A DNA stretch of 64,000 bases from Bacillota bacterium (GTDB lineage: Bacteria > Bacillota > DTU030): the NCBI GenBank assembly GCA_012518435.1, contig JAAYSG010000060.1, positions 9,777 to 73,776 of the forward strand. The letters run 5' to 3'. Below the pieces are notes generated by a model. That model made no database searches, had not been told where the DNA came from, and saw nothing but the letters and a program-made list of their open reading frames with translations. This document shows positions 49,706-59,958 of the stretch, piece by piece (positions within the stretch are counted from its first letter, which is position 1; each line of letters opens with the position of its first letter). The translations under genes were made by a program, and so were the position numbers.

Positions 49706-51067
49706 ATGGATCCAAAACTAAAGGTATTGTTGGATAATTCCCGGGCAGCCTTGGCAGAAATGCAAAAATGTACGCAAGAAGAAGTGGATCTCATGTGTCG
49801 GGTTATCAACATGGCGGTCTCGGAAAATGCTGAAGAATTAGCGAAGCTGGCGGTAGAGGAAACCGGTATGGGAAATGTACCATCTAAAATAGACAAAAAC
49901 AAAACAATGGGTTCCGGAGTTTGGTTGACCATGAAGAACAAAAAATCCATGGGGATAATTGACAAGGATGAGGAAAAGGGACTCTACTATGTAGCCCATC
50001 CCAAGGGTGTAGTTGCCTCAGTGGCACCCACCACTAACCCCACAATAACCCCCCTGGGAAATGCCATGTTGGCCATTAAAGGTAGAAACACAATTATAGT
50101 ATCCCCCCACCCCCGCTCTATAAAAACCACAGGTAAAACAATTGAGTATATGAATGCCGCCCTGCGGGAAATAGATGCACCGGAACATGTAATCCAAATG
50201 GTGGAGGACCCCAGTATTGAGGGGACCCAAGCCCTAATGGCTGCGGCTGATGTGGTTGTGGCCACCGGGGGCATGAGTATGGTAAAGGCTGCCTACTCCA
50301 GCGGTAAACCCGCCTATGGTGTGGGCCAAGGCAATGTGCAGTCCATAATAGATCGGGAATGCGACGACCTCAACCAGGCCGCCCAATTTATTGTCATTGG
50401 CAGAAGTTTTGATAACGGCGTAATCTGCGCCTGCAACCAATCGGCCATTGTCCCCCGGGATATGAAGGATGACCTAATAAAGGCCTTGGAAGCCCATGGC
50501 GCATATTATATCGGGGATGAAGAAGAAGTAGCCAAGATTAGAAACGTGGTGTTTGAGGAAAACGGCAGACCCAAGGTAGAGGTTATTGGCAAGGCAGCCT
50601 TTGAAGTAGCGGCCAAGGCTGGGATAGATGTTCCCAAGGATACTTCCATCCTGGTGGTGGCCTGTGAAGCCAAAGGAAGCGAAGATGTCCTGTGTGGAGA
50701 AAAACTCTGCCCAGTACTTATCCTGACCACCTATGATGACTTCGAAGAAGGGGTGGCCATTGCCAAGGCTAATCTGCTTTATCAGGGAACCGGCCACTCA
50801 GCGGTAATTCACACCAGCAACAAGGAAAAGGTTGAGTACGCTGCCCTAAAATTGCCCGTGGGCAGATTGTTGGTCAATGTGCCGGGCATTGCAGCCGGTG
50901 GCGGGGGGCTTTTCACCCATCTCAATCCAACACCCTCCTTGGGCTGTGGCTCATGGGGTGGAAACAGTATTTCCGAAAACCTAACCTACGAGCACCTCTT
51001 AAATATTGCCACCATCGCCTATCCCAGAAAAGAAGCACCACCAACGGATGAAGAGATTTGGGCCTAG
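49706..51067 (+). CDS. CoA-acylating aldehyde dehydrogenase (EutE/PduP-like)
   Basis: The N-terminal helical region, the catalytic region (AIVPRDMKDD... IICACNQS?; Cys within GVICACNQSAIV) and the overall 450-aa architecture match this family. Confidence 0.75.
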   Translation: MDPKLKVLLDNSRAALAEMQKCTQEEVDLMCRVINMAVSENAEELAKLAVEETGMGNVPSKIDKNKTMGSGVWLTMKNKKSMGIIDKDEEKGLYYVAHPKGVVASVAPTTNPTITPLGNAMLAIKGRNTIIVSPHPRSIKTTGKTIEYMNAALREIDAPEHVIQMVEDPSIEGTQALMAAADVVVATGGMSMVKAAYSSGKPAYGVGQGNVQSIIDRECDDLNQAAQFIVIGRSFDNGVICACNQSAIVPRDMKDDLIKALEAHGAYYIGDEEEVAKIRNVVFEENGRPKVEVIGKAAFEVAAKAGIDVPKDTSILVVACEAKGSEDVLCGEKLCPVLILTTYDDFEEGVAIAKANLLYQGTGHSAVIHTSNKEKVEYAALKLPVGRLLVNVPGIAAGGGGLFTHLNPTPSLGCGSWGGNSISENLTYEHLLNIATIAYPRKEAPPTDEEIWA

Positions 51068-51131
51068 GATAGTATAGGTTAAAATTCCCCCCTGGGGCCA
51101 CTAATCCCAATTTAGTTGCAGCGGGGGGGAT

Positions 51132-52343
51132 TTGTATTCTGGAAAGGAAATGAAAGGTGAACACATGAAAAAAAGGGTTTTATTGATGGGAACCATCTTG
51201 ATGCTTTTTTTGGGCTTGATTTATGCCTGGTCACTATTTGCGGCCCCCCTGGAAGATTTTTTTGCATGGAATCGAAGCCAAACCTCCATGACCTTTTCCA
51301 TTAGCATGATTACCTTTTGCCTAGGGAATGTAATTTCCAGTATCATACTAAGAAGGAAACAACCCCGCCTAGTCATTCTCATCTCCGCCGGACTATTTCT
51401 TCTGGGATTCTTCTTTGTGTCCCTAATCACAAACATATGGGGATTGTATATATTTTATGGGGTTATGTGTGGCTTGGGGACGGGCCTTAGCTATAATGCC
51501 ATTTTATCCACGGTACCCAAGTGGTATCCCGATGGAACCGGTTCCGTAACGGGAACCCTCCTAATGGGAATGGGTTTGGGAAGTTTACTCCTGGGAACGG
51601 TAGTGAGGAGGTTGATGGATTTACTCATCTGGCGGACAACATTTAAAATGCTTGCTCTTCTCTTCTTTCTCCTCTTTAGCCTCGGGTCCTTGAGCATTAT
51701 AAATCCACCCACCACCAATAAAATAAGGGGAAAGAAGGAACAAGGGGCAATGAATGCCAAGGGGGATTATCCCCTGGGGGAAATGATAATGACGCGGGAT
51801 TTTTGGCTGTTGTTCCTCTGGGCAACCATAACCTCAGCCATAGGGTTGGGGCTAGTATCCAATGCCAGCTATATGGCGCAAGAAATTGGTGTTGGAGAGG
51901 CCATGTTACCCCTACTAGTGGGAATGGTATCCGTGGGAAACGCAATGGGAAGGCTGCTATTTGGTAGGATTGCCGATATCATGGATGGCAAAAAAGCAAT
52001 GCTCGTGGGTAACCTAGTTTTTCTGGGTGCTTTATCATTATCCATCCTGGCCAACAAGACAGGCATTATTGTCCTTTTACTACTGGGGTTTGCCCTGGGA
52101 GGCATTGGTTATGGTGCACCGCCAACCCTGTCCGCAGCCTTGACCAAGAAAAAATTCGGCCAAAAGTATTTTCCCGAAAACCTCAGTGCCATCCTCCTGG
52201 TGTTGATCCCGGCTTCCCTGCTGGGACCCACCATCACAGCCAGCCTTTACCGCCAGAGCGGACATTACCTGGCCAGTTATTTTATTATGTTGGCAATGGT
52301 GATCCTGGCCTTCCTACCGGCGGGAATTTATAGGGAGAACTGA
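51132..52343 (+). CDS. MFS transporter, oxalate/formate antiporter (OFA)-like family
   Basis: It is a 12-TM MFS protein with an OFA-like N-terminus (LIYAWSLFAAPLEDFF). Confidence 0.7.
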   Translation: MYSGKEMKGEHMKKRVLLMGTILMLFLGLIYAWSLFAAPLEDFFAWNRSQTSMTFSISMITFCLGNVISSIILRRKQPRLVILISAGLFLLGFFFVSLITNIWGLYIFYGVMCGLGTGLSYNAILSTVPKWYPDGTGSVTGTLLMGMGLGSLLLGTVVRRLMDLLIWRTTFKMLALLFFLLFSLGSLSIINPPTTNKIRGKKEQGAMNAKGDYPLGEMIMTRDFWLLFLWATITSAIGLGLVSNASYMAQEIGVGEAMLPLLVGMVSVGNAMGRLLFGRIADIMDGKKAMLVGNLVFLGALSLSILANKTGIIVLLLLGFALGGIGYGAPPTLSAALTKKKFGQKYFPENLSAILLVLIPASLLGPTITASLYRQSGHYLASYFIMLAMVILAFLPAGIYREN

Positions 52344-52540
52344 ACCTTAGTTTGTGTTGGTCAATTGTAGATCCCAAGCCCCAGGTCAGAATGTCACCCC
52401 AAGTGAAGCAAAGGTAAAATTCCCGGGAGACACCAGCAACTGGACCGGGCCCAGACAGATAGGATGGGTTAGGATCCTTTGTGGCAGTTCCAGAAGGTAG
52501 ATGGGGTATGCCATGGAACACAAGGGGGGGCAATTACAAG

Positions 52541-52586
52541 AAAACAAAAGAGGGGGGAGAGTAGCTCTGCCACCCCTCTTTTTTTG
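52541..52586. terminator. Bidirectional intrinsic terminator between the MFS gene (+) and hcp (-)
   Basis: An AGAGGGG...CCCCTCT hairpin is flanked by A-rich 5' and T7 3' tracts. Confidence 0.55.
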
Positions 52587-52624
52587 CCCTTCCTCTAAAT
52601 ATAAATTGTCTCCCTCACTACCCC

Positions 52625-54256
52625 CTATTGGGACATGAAGTACTCAATATCCTCCTTTACAGTGCCGATACCCGCAATACCGAATTTGTCAACCAAAACC
52701 GCCGCCACATTGGGTGAGAGAAAGGCCGGTAGGGTGGGACCCAAGTGAATGTTTTTGACACCCAGGTAGAGTAGGGCCAGAAGTACTATGACAGCCTTTT
52801 GCTCGTACCAGGCGATATTGTAGGCTATGGGCAGCTCATTGACGTCATCGAGTCCGAAGGCCTCCTTGAGTTTTAGGGCAATGACTGCCAGGGAGTAGGA
52901 ATCATTGCACTGCCCGGCATCCAATATCCTGGGAATACCGTCAATGTCCCCCAACTGGAGTTTATTATAACGATATTTAGCACAGCCTGCGGTGAGGATA
53001 ACGGTGTCCTGGGGCAGACTTTGGGCAAATTCAGTATAGTATTCCCTAGACTTCATACGCCCGTCACAACCGGCCAAAACAAAGAACTTTTTAATGGCCC
53101 CCGATTTAACCGCGGCAACCACCTTGTCCGCCAGGGATAACACCTGGTTATGGGCAAAGCCCCCTATTATGCTCCCGGTTTCAATTTCGGTGGGAGGGGG
53201 AAGGGTTTTAGCCAAGGCAATGATTGGGGAAAAATCCTTCTTACCCTTTTCATCTGCTTCAATGTGGGGGCAGCCGGGATAACCGGTGGAACCCGTTGTA
53301 AATATCCTGTTTTTAACCTCTTCACTCCGGGGTGGCACGATGCAGTTGGTGGTAAAGAGAATTGGCCCCCCAAAGGATACGAATTCATCAATTTGCTGCC
53401 ACCAGGCATTGCCGTAATTGCCCACAAAGTGCTCATACTTTTTAAAGGCTGGATAGTAGTGAGCCGGCAGCATTTCACCGTGGGTGTAGACATCAACACC
53501 GCTCCCCTTGGTCTGTTTTAGGAGCTGCTCAAGGTCAGTGAGATCATGGCCAGAAATTAGGATGGCCGGATTATCCCGCACACCAATATTGACCTTTGTC
53601 ATCTCCGGGTTCCCAAATCTATCTACATGGGCCTGATCCAGAAGGGCCATGACCTTTACCCCATATTCCCCTGTTTTTAGGGCTAAGGCAACCAGGTCAT
53701 CAACGGAAAGGGCATCATCCAATGTGGCAACCAAGGTCTCATAGATGAAGGAGTTGATGGCCAAGTCCTCTTTGCCCATATTTTTGGCATGCTCGGCATA
53801 GGCTGCCATACCCTTTAAACCATAGGTAATTAACTCCCGGAGGGAGCGCACGTCTTCATTTTCGGTGGCCAATACCCCCACAGATGCGGCCTTCTCCAAC
53901 ATGGCCTCTCGGGAATCCACAGTAAAGGTTGCTGCCTCATGGAGCTCCTCCACCGCAGCCCTTTTCCCAAGTTCATCCCTAAGGGCCAATAGTTTTTTGA
54001 TTTGTATTTCCAAGGATTCATCGTCAAAATTTGCATTGGTTATGGTCATAAATAGACTGCTCAGCACTTGATAATTTTCTTCCGCTAATTTGCTAATATC
54101 CAATTTCCCCTTGACCACTATTTCGGCAACACCCTTAACTGTATAAATCAGGAGATCCTGGAGTTTAGCCACTTCCTCATTTTTTCCACAGACGCCCCGC
54201 ACCCTACAGGCTTCTCCCCTTGCCGTCTCCTGACATTGATAGCAAAACATACCCAT
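52625..54256 (-). CDS. hcp: Hybrid cluster protein / hydroxylamine reductase
   Basis: The N-terminal cysteine cluster [25 protein letters not shown] is present and the size is 543 aa. Confidence 0.92.
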   Translation of the reverse strand: MGMFCYQCQETARGEACRVRGVCGKNEEVAKLQDLLIYTVKGVAEIVVKGKLDISKLAEENYQVLSSLFMTITNANFDDESLEIQIKKLLALRDELGKRAAVEELHEAATFTVDSREAMLEKAASVGVLATENEDVRSLRELITYGLKGMAAYAEHAKNMGKEDLAINSFIYETLVATLDDALSVDDLVALALKTGEYGVKVMALLDQAHVDRFGNPEMTKVNIGVRDNPAILISGHDLTDLEQLLKQTKGSGVDVYTHGEMLPAHYYPAFKKYEHFVGNYGNAWWQQIDEFVSFGGPILFTTNCIVPPRSEEVKNRIFTTGSTGYPGCPHIEADEKGKKDFSPIIALAKTLPPPTEIETGSIIGGFAHNQVLSLADKVVAAVKSGAIKKFFVLAGCDGRMKSREYYTEFAQSLPQDTVILTAGCAKYRYNKLQLGDIDGIPRILDAGQCNDSYSLAVIALKLKEAFGLDDVNELPIAYNIAWYEQKAVIVLLALLYLGVKNIHLGPTLPAFLSPNVAAVLVDKFGIAGIGTVKEDIEYFMSQ

Positions 54257-54518
54257 AGACCATCCTCCTCTACTTATTGGTTGAATAATTTTATTCCCCC
54301 TCCAGGCCTTTTTGCCAAGTTAAGCAACCTTTTGGCACCCAGATGGGGCTCTTTGTCTTATTCTGTCTAACAAGCCCCAATCCCTTCTTGAAACAACAAT
54401 TTGCTCTTCACCCAAGGAGAAAATATGTGTCAATACTTCATATTTTAACCACCAATTACAGACCCTTGCACAGGTCCAGCCATGATGCTACAATGGGGCT
54501 AGAAAGGAGGATAGAGTA

Positions 54519-54974
54519 ATGAAAGCCATAACCATTGCCCGTATAGGAATTATAGCCGCCCTCTACTTCATCATCACCTACTTCCTCCTCCCCATCAGCT
54601 TTGGTGCAATCCAATTGCGGGTGGCCGAGGGCCTAACTGTGTTGCCCATCCTTTATCCCGAATCCATTGCCGGTCTATTTATAGGAGTCCTTCTCTGCAA
54701 TGCCCTTCTGGGCGGCTTGGGCCTAGTTGATGTTGTAGTAGGAAGTTTAACCACCCTTGTTGCAGCCTACATAAGCTATAGGTTTCGCCACAGCTACATT
54801 GCCTACCTAAGCCCCATTATCCTCAATGCCTTTATTATAAGTCTTTACCTTCACCTTTTGGCCGGACTTCCCTATTGGCTCACAGTTTTATCCATCGGAA
54901 CTAGCCAGGCCATAGTCGTCTTTGCCATTGGCTACCCCCTCATTTGGTACCTGCGCCGATATAGGGAAAGATAG
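54519..54974 (+). CDS. Small 5-TM membrane protein, QueT/ECF S-component-like
   Basis: It is 151 aa. The QLRVAEGLTVLP motif resembles the QueT (DUF988) family. No preQ1 riboswitch was found upstream. Confidence 0.4.
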   Translation: MKAITIARIGIIAALYFIITYFLLPISFGAIQLRVAEGLTVLPILYPESIAGLFIGVLLCNALLGGLGLVDVVVGSLTTLVAAYISYRFRHSYIAYLSPIILNAFIISLYLHLLAGLPYWLTVLSIGTSQAIVVFAIGYPLIWYLRRYRER

Positions 54975-54991
54975 GTGAGCCATAATCTGCG

Positions 54992-55036
54992 AAAAATTTA
55001 AGGGGGCAGATGCTTATAAGCATCTGCCCCCTTTCA
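54992..55036. terminator. Bidirectional terminator built on a 30-nt perfect palindrome
   Basis: The palindrome GGGGGCAGATGCTTATAAGCATCTGCCCCC lies between the QueT-like gene (+) and trxA (-). It is followed by TTTC on the plus strand and TTAAATTTTTC on the minus strand. Confidence 0.6.
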
Positions 55037-55129
55037 TGGCCCAATAAATTATTATTTCCCCACAATCACCCTGAGGCATTTGTAAAGGAAGGGTTGTTAT
55101 CCATGGGAAGTTTCATTATTTATTGGTGG

Positions 55130-55456
55130 CTAGAGGTACCGCTCCAGCCTATCCAACAATTCCTCCTGTGTTTGATAACCGGTGAAACGGATGACCTCCT
55201 TTCCCTCCTTGACCAAAAGCAAGGTGGGAACACTGAGAATACGGAAGCGGCCGGCCAATTCCTGGTTTTCCTCGGCATTTAACTTTACCACCCTTAGCCG
55301 GCCAGCCAATTCCCGGGCTACTTCCTCCAAGACCGGTGCCAGTCTTTTACAGGGCCCACACCACGAGGCCCAAAAATCTATTAGCACTGGGATTTGGGCA
55401 TTGAGTACGACGGTAGAAAAATCCTCTTCCACAATCTCTTGCACAATTTCTGGCAA
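55130..55456 (-). CDS. trxA: Thioredoxin
   Basis: It is 108 aa with the WCGPC active site. Confidence 0.9.
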   Translation of the reverse strand: MPEIVQEIVEEDFSTVVLNAQIPVLIDFWASWCGPCKRLAPVLEEVARELAGRLRVVKLNAEENQELAGRFRILSVPTLLLVKEGKEVIRFTGYQTQEELLDRLERYL

Positions 55457-55610
55457 CTACCACTACCCCCTATGAATTTAATTCAGTTCTATTTTCTCCA
55501 CCACTGGAAAAACTCCTCCCTGGAATGGCGGATAATTACCTTCCCAATGGCATTTTCCCTCTCCGTTCCCAGGGCTATTCCAGTTGGGGGTAGTTTTTCC
55601 CCGGGTTTTG

Positions 55611-57260
55611 CTAGATGCCGTACTTTTTAAAAATCCGCTCCACTCGTTCTTCCTCGCTGAGGATCTCGTCTGTTTCCGGATCGACGGCGTAGATGGCTCC
55701 GTTAATGGGCTTGGTAACCACCTCGCCACAGGCGTAGGCATTGCCCTTAAGCTGGGGTGTATCCATAAGGCCAATTTCCACCGCCTTGGTCAAGGTGGCC
55801 GGATCTGCCAAGGGATCTTCCACCTTATCTCCGCCCAAGGCCTTGATGGCGTTGATCAGGACCTGGGCTTCCTTCTTTAGCTCTTCCTTACGCTCAATTA
55901 CTTCCGGGTCATGGGTCATGTCGGGCATCCCGTGGAGGCAGTTTTGGATAACCTTCCGGGCAATCTTACAGCTTTCGATAACATCCTCTGCTGTAGCTGC
56001 ATGATGGGCTTCACAGTAGCCAACCACATGCATAATGTCAGGTTTCATGGCCATTTGTACATAGGTTGAGGCCCCCAACTGACCAATTGCATAGGCAGGA
56101 TCCACAGGATAGCTCAAAAGGCCCGCTCGGGTTTGCCGTAGGCAACGGAAGTTTTCATCCTGCAGGGCCTCAGCCAACTCAGCCTTGGCCAACATCTTGG
56201 CTAAATCCATTTTATCCGAAAGGGTCGGTGGGGTATTGAACATGTAGGTGGCGATATAGGTCTTTACTCCCATCTTCTTGTTTAGGTAGGCGCTAAGATA
56301 TGCCGACACAACTGCCACCACATCGTGAGCATCCCGCAGTTCCCAGTGGTGAGGTTCGTTGGCCTCCACTGGTACATCGTGATCACCGTGCCACTTCATG
56401 AGCCGTAGATGTTCCTCTATTGATTCCTGCAGGGTCATGGGGCCCCGGCCATCTACCAGATTAAACCAAAATATGGAGGTGGCACACCAGGCATTTTTAA
56501 TGGTCCGCCGTAGCATTTCCCCGTAGCGCAGGAGCTGAGCCGTGCCGGCATAGGAGCGCATAAGGGGATAGTTGCCCCTACGGGTCGCTTCGTAAAGTTC
56601 TTCAAAGTCAGCCTCGGAACGAATGGGCACCCCCCCTGCCCCCCGCCTGCTTGGATCTGCCTTTTCCGGGGTAAAGAAGTTTTCTTGGGCATCCTGATCT
56701 GGGCCCAGGGAAAGAACATCAAGGATTTCCGCCTCGGCAATTTTCTTAATCCCTTCCACCGTGGGCTTGATACTATCTGCCGGAAAGCCAAAATGATGCC
56801 GGATAACCGGGAAGGGCTTTTTCCATTCCAGCCGGGGTACCAATTCATCGGGAAAGTCTGCTTCCGTTCGTTCGCCGATATCCTGTCCCTTCAACCAGGC
56901 AATCACATTTTCCAAGGGTTCCTCCCCGGTGAAGTAGGCTTCAAAAAGGCCCACCTCCTTGGCCCTTTCCGCCACCGGGGGTGTCCCCCCAAAGACAAAA
57001 CGTCTATCAAGGAGTCCCGCCTCTTCTAGGCCTTGTTTAAGTTCTAGTAAAAGACTGTATCCCGTTTCCGGTGTAAGTCGATAGCTTATGGCAACCACAT
57101 CGGGATCCGTCTCCCTAATGGCACCAATGACATCTTTAAGGGGTGTAGCGGCACCAAGAAACTCCGTCTGATAGCCCTGTTCCGCGGCCAGGCGAAGGAA
57201 ATTTAGTGTTCCGGCCACGTGGACACATTCACCTATGGGTGCTCCCAATATTTTAGCCAT
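55611..57260 (-). CDS. Uncharacterized 549-aa protein with an N-terminal cobalamin-binding-like Rossmann domain fused to a large unassigned domain
   Basis: The N-terminus ILGAPIGECVHVAG...DVVAISYRLT...FVFGGTPP aligns with the glutamate-mutase S / MCM B12-binding domain. The ligand His is conserved, but Cys replaces the Asp of DxHxxG. The remainder has no rSAM CxxxCxxC. Confidence 0.45.
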   Translation of the reverse strand: MAKILGAPIGECVHVAGTLNFLRLAAEQGYQTEFLGAATPLKDVIGAIRETDPDVVAISYRLTPETGYSLLLELKQGLEEAGLLDRRFVFGGTPPVAERAKEVGLFEAYFTGEEPLENVIAWLKGQDIGERTEADFPDELVPRLEWKKPFPVIRHHFGFPADSIKPTVEGIKKIAEAEILDVLSLGPDQDAQENFFTPEKADPSRRGAGGVPIRSEADFEELYEATRRGNYPLMRSYAGTAQLLRYGEMLRRTIKNAWCATSIFWFNLVDGRGPMTLQESIEEHLRLMKWHGDHDVPVEANEPHHWELRDAHDVVAVVSAYLSAYLNKKMGVKTYIATYMFNTPPTLSDKMDLAKMLAKAELAEALQDENFRCLRQTRAGLLSYPVDPAYAIGQLGASTYVQMAMKPDIMHVVGYCEAHHAATAEDVIESCKIARKVIQNCLHGMPDMTHDPEVIERKEELKKEAQVLINAIKALGGDKVEDPLADPATLTKAVEIGLMDTPQLKGNAYACGEVVTKPINGAIYAVDPETDEILSEEERVERIFKKYGI

Positions 57261-57283
57261 TTGTCTTCCTCCTTTGTCCTTGC

Positions 57284-58384
57284 TTATGATTGAAAGCCCT
57301 CTGTTACAAATTGCAGCATCCCTTCCCCATCAAGACCACCTAAACCAAGGTTTTCCACATTGCGTCCTAGCCCCCAAAAATCCTTATCATAGAGGATACA
57401 GGATAAATCCACCATAACCCGGGAAGCTGGTGTAGCCACACCCAAAGCCTCTCCCAGGGAGGCAATGGGCACCAGCCCAGTGGAGATATCTTCCAGGATG
57501 TAACGAACCTGCATGGTTTTAGGCCCATCAATGCCGTGATAGGCCTCGGTATTGTGCAGCAATTCAAAGAGGGTTTCCCCCTCACTGCCATACACCCGCT
57601 TTATCCAAGCCGCCGCCGACTCCATTTCAATACCCAGGGCCTTGGCCACGGCAATCCGCTCATCATCTACCTTCCCCATGGCCTTGGTCACCATTTCCGT
57701 CATACCTTCCACATAAAATTTGAAGGATACCTGGGACTCAATCCGGCCGGTATTAAGGAGCACAGGGGTAGGATGGAAGACAGCCCCTATATTATCAAGG
57801 CTTGTTTCCAAGACATTGGCCGCCGCAATAAACTGGGGCAAGACGGGTTTTATACAAGCAAGGACTGCCTGCGTATCCTTAGCCGGGAAGGCCGCCAAGG
57901 CTACTTCCTTCTTGATTCCCTTTACTGCCACCCGGGCCGGTCCTGAAATGCGACAGGCATAGAGGAGGGTTTGGGTTTCGGCAATCTTTACCTGCACCTT
58001 GACACCCGACTGGCGCAACACTTGGGAAAATTCCAGGGCACCACCGGTGCGCCCAGGGTTAATGATAATGATTTGTCCATCTTCCAAATGGGGAGCCAAG
58101 GTTTCCGCCATAAACCGGTGGGCAAAGGCAGGTACCACCACCATAATAACTTCTACACCGGCCACTGCCGCGGCCATGTCTGTGGTAACCTTATTGACAG
58201 GGCCAACTCCCTCCAGCACTCCCTCCACCGTCACGGCACCCTTTTCCTTAATGGCGGCTATTTCTTCCGGAAATTTATTGTAGATATTGACCTCTTTTCC
58301 CAACATCCCCAGATGGGCAGCAAAGGCATGGGCACCATTGCCTGCACCTAAAATAGCCACCCGGTTAAATCCCTTCTTCGTCAA
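57284..58384 (-). CDS. NAD(P)-dependent opine-dehydrogenase-like oxidoreductase
   Basis: The N-terminal Rossmann fold reads RVAILGAGNGAHAFAAHLG. The overall size of 366 aa and the helical C-terminal domain fit the octopine/nopaline dehydrogenase family. Confidence 0.6.
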   Translation of the reverse strand: MTKKGFNRVAILGAGNGAHAFAAHLGMLGKEVNIYNKFPEEIAAIKEKGAVTVEGVLEGVGPVNKVTTDMAAAVAGVEVIMVVVPAFAHRFMAETLAPHLEDGQIIIINPGRTGGALEFSQVLRQSGVKVQVKIAETQTLLYACRISGPARVAVKGIKKEVALAAFPAKDTQAVLACIKPVLPQFIAAANVLETSLDNIGAVFHPTPVLLNTGRIESQVSFKFYVEGMTEMVTKAMGKVDDERIAVAKALGIEMESAAAWIKRVYGSEGETLFELLHNTEAYHGIDGPKTMQVRYILEDISTGLVPIASLGEALGVATPASRVMVDLSCILYDKDFWGLGRNVENLGLGGLDGEGMLQFVTEGFQS

Positions 58385-58491
58385 ATCTTTAACCTCCTTC
58401 TCTGTGTTTCAATTCAGTCACCACTCCGGTTTTGCCCGTAACCTCCCCCCTTTCCTTTCGCCCATTTCTTCCCCCGCATCAGTAGATGGTC

Positions 58492-59955
58492 TTAGTTAAT
58501 AAGGGAAAACCTCCTATGGGAACCATGGTAGGTCTTTGCCACGGCTGGTTCCTGCCAATCTATGCTTTTTTTCATAAAGCCCAGGGCCTGCCTAGGGGCA
58601 ATTTCCCCCAAGAGACCGGCTGCCCAGAGGATATAATGTCGGTCTAGCAAAAATTGCGGTGTTGTGGGCTGCAATACTAAGGGGTTTTGGTTTTGGGCAA
58701 AGGCCCGGGCCAAGACCTCCCTGGGATTTTCCAAATGCACAAAAATACCCCCGGTGGCCAGGACATAGCCAACACCGGTTAGATCCTTACCCTCCTGGAT
58801 AAAGTATTGACCGGTTGGCGTGCAAAATTCCCTGAGGGTACCCACATGCCGCGCCACCGCCTTTTCAACTGCAGTGACAGCCATGCCCCTGTCCAAGGCC
58901 CAATCTGTTGGTGTTTCCGGGAGCCAGCCCAGTTCAAAGGACAAACGGGATATCATTGCCTCCACATTTACATCCACCCCGATATTTTCCTGGACGCGTT
59001 CCTTACCGGCACTCTCCAAAAGGGATAAGGCACTGACCCGCAGCCCCAGATCACCCTCCACTGTCCTTTTGGCCCGAGGTTCCGGCAATCCCCGGACTAT
59101 GGTGCGACTGCGCCTTGGTTTGCCTTCTGCCACGGAATGGACATCTGTGGTGGCCCCTCCCACATCAATAACCATGAGCTCACCGATTCCCTCCTCCCCC
59201 GGAACACCATCGGCTAAAAGTCGGGCACCGGCCAGGACTGCCGCCGGAGTTGGCATCAAAATACCCCCATCGACAAAGGCCTCGGCCCGCTGCAGGCCCT
59301 TGGCCTCTACAATTTTTTCCATAAACACCTGCCTAATGGTATCCCGGGCCGGCTCGATGTTTAGTTCACCCAATTCGGGCATGACATTCTTTGTAACGCG
59401 AACATCCTTGCCCGACTCCCGCAAAATACGGGCTGCTTCGGGGGCTACCACCTTGTTCCCGGCCAGAATAATAGGCACATTGATCCGGGATCTGGCCAAA
59501 AAGCGAGCATTATGCAAAAGTACCTTCTTGTCCCCGCCATCAGTACCGCCAGCCAAAAGAATAATATCCCCCGGTTCCTTTTCCAGAAGGGACAGTTCTT
59601 CCTTGGTAAGTTCATAGGCATAGGCCCCCAGTACCCGGGCCCCGGCCCCCAAGGCCGCCCTACGGGCTGCTTCTACAGTAAAATCTGGCACAAGGCCAAT
59701 GGCTATCATTCGCAGACCACCGGCGGCGCTGCTGCAGGCCAGCTTGGGGTGAAATTGACACTTCCCCCCCAACCTTTCTTCAATCTTGGCAACTGCCTCT
59801 TCCATTCCCAAGGTGATATCTGTGGCAATGGTTGTCAAGGAAGTAGCCCCTGCCAATAAAGTTCCATCATCCATATCCACCGCCACCACCTTGGTGTAAG
59901 TACTGCCAAAGTCAATCAATAGGGCCGTACCCACTTTATTTTCCCTCCCCACCAT
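58492..59955 (-). CDS. GlmL/MutL-like ASKHA (actin/Hsp70-fold) protein, possibly a reactivase/chaperone of a B12-dependent mutase
   Basis: LLIDFGSTYTKVVAV (phosphate-1) and MVIDVGGATTDV (phosphate-2) are present. The size of 487 aa and the architecture match the glutamate mutase L component. Confidence 0.65.
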   Translation of the reverse strand: MVGRENKVGTALLIDFGSTYTKVVAVDMDDGTLLAGATSLTTIATDITLGMEEAVAKIEERLGGKCQFHPKLACSSAAGGLRMIAIGLVPDFTVEAARRAALGAGARVLGAYAYELTKEELSLLEKEPGDIILLAGGTDGGDKKVLLHNARFLARSRINVPIILAGNKVVAPEAARILRESGKDVRVTKNVMPELGELNIEPARDTIRQVFMEKIVEAKGLQRAEAFVDGGILMPTPAAVLAGARLLADGVPGEEGIGELMVIDVGGATTDVHSVAEGKPRRSRTIVRGLPEPRAKRTVEGDLGLRVSALSLLESAGKERVQENIGVDVNVEAMISRLSFELGWLPETPTDWALDRGMAVTAVEKAVARHVGTLREFCTPTGQYFIQEGKDLTGVGYVLATGGIFVHLENPREVLARAFAQNQNPLVLQPTTPQFLLDRHYILWAAGLLGEIAPRQALGFMKKSIDWQEPAVAKTYHGSHRRFSLIN

Positions 59956-59958
59956 AAT

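Noticed and set aside
54257-54518. Looked for a preQ1 riboswitch upstream of the QueT-like gene
   Set aside because: No AAAAAACUA-type preQ1-I element or preQ1-II-like SD-sequestering pseudoknot signature was seen. The QueT assignment is therefore kept at low confidence.
55611-57260. Considered calling the 549-aa protein glutamate mutase E (GlmE), because it is adjacent to a GlmL-like gene
   Set aside because: The sequence does not resemble the GlmE sequence I recall, and it carries a GlmS-like B12 domain at its N-terminus instead. It is left as an unassigned B12-domain fusion.
58820-59617. 265-aa plus-strand ORF antisense to the GlmL-like gene
   Set aside because: The minus-strand frame carries the ASKHA phosphate-1 and phosphate-2 motifs. 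The plus-strand frame is Ser/Pro/Ala-rich low complexity.
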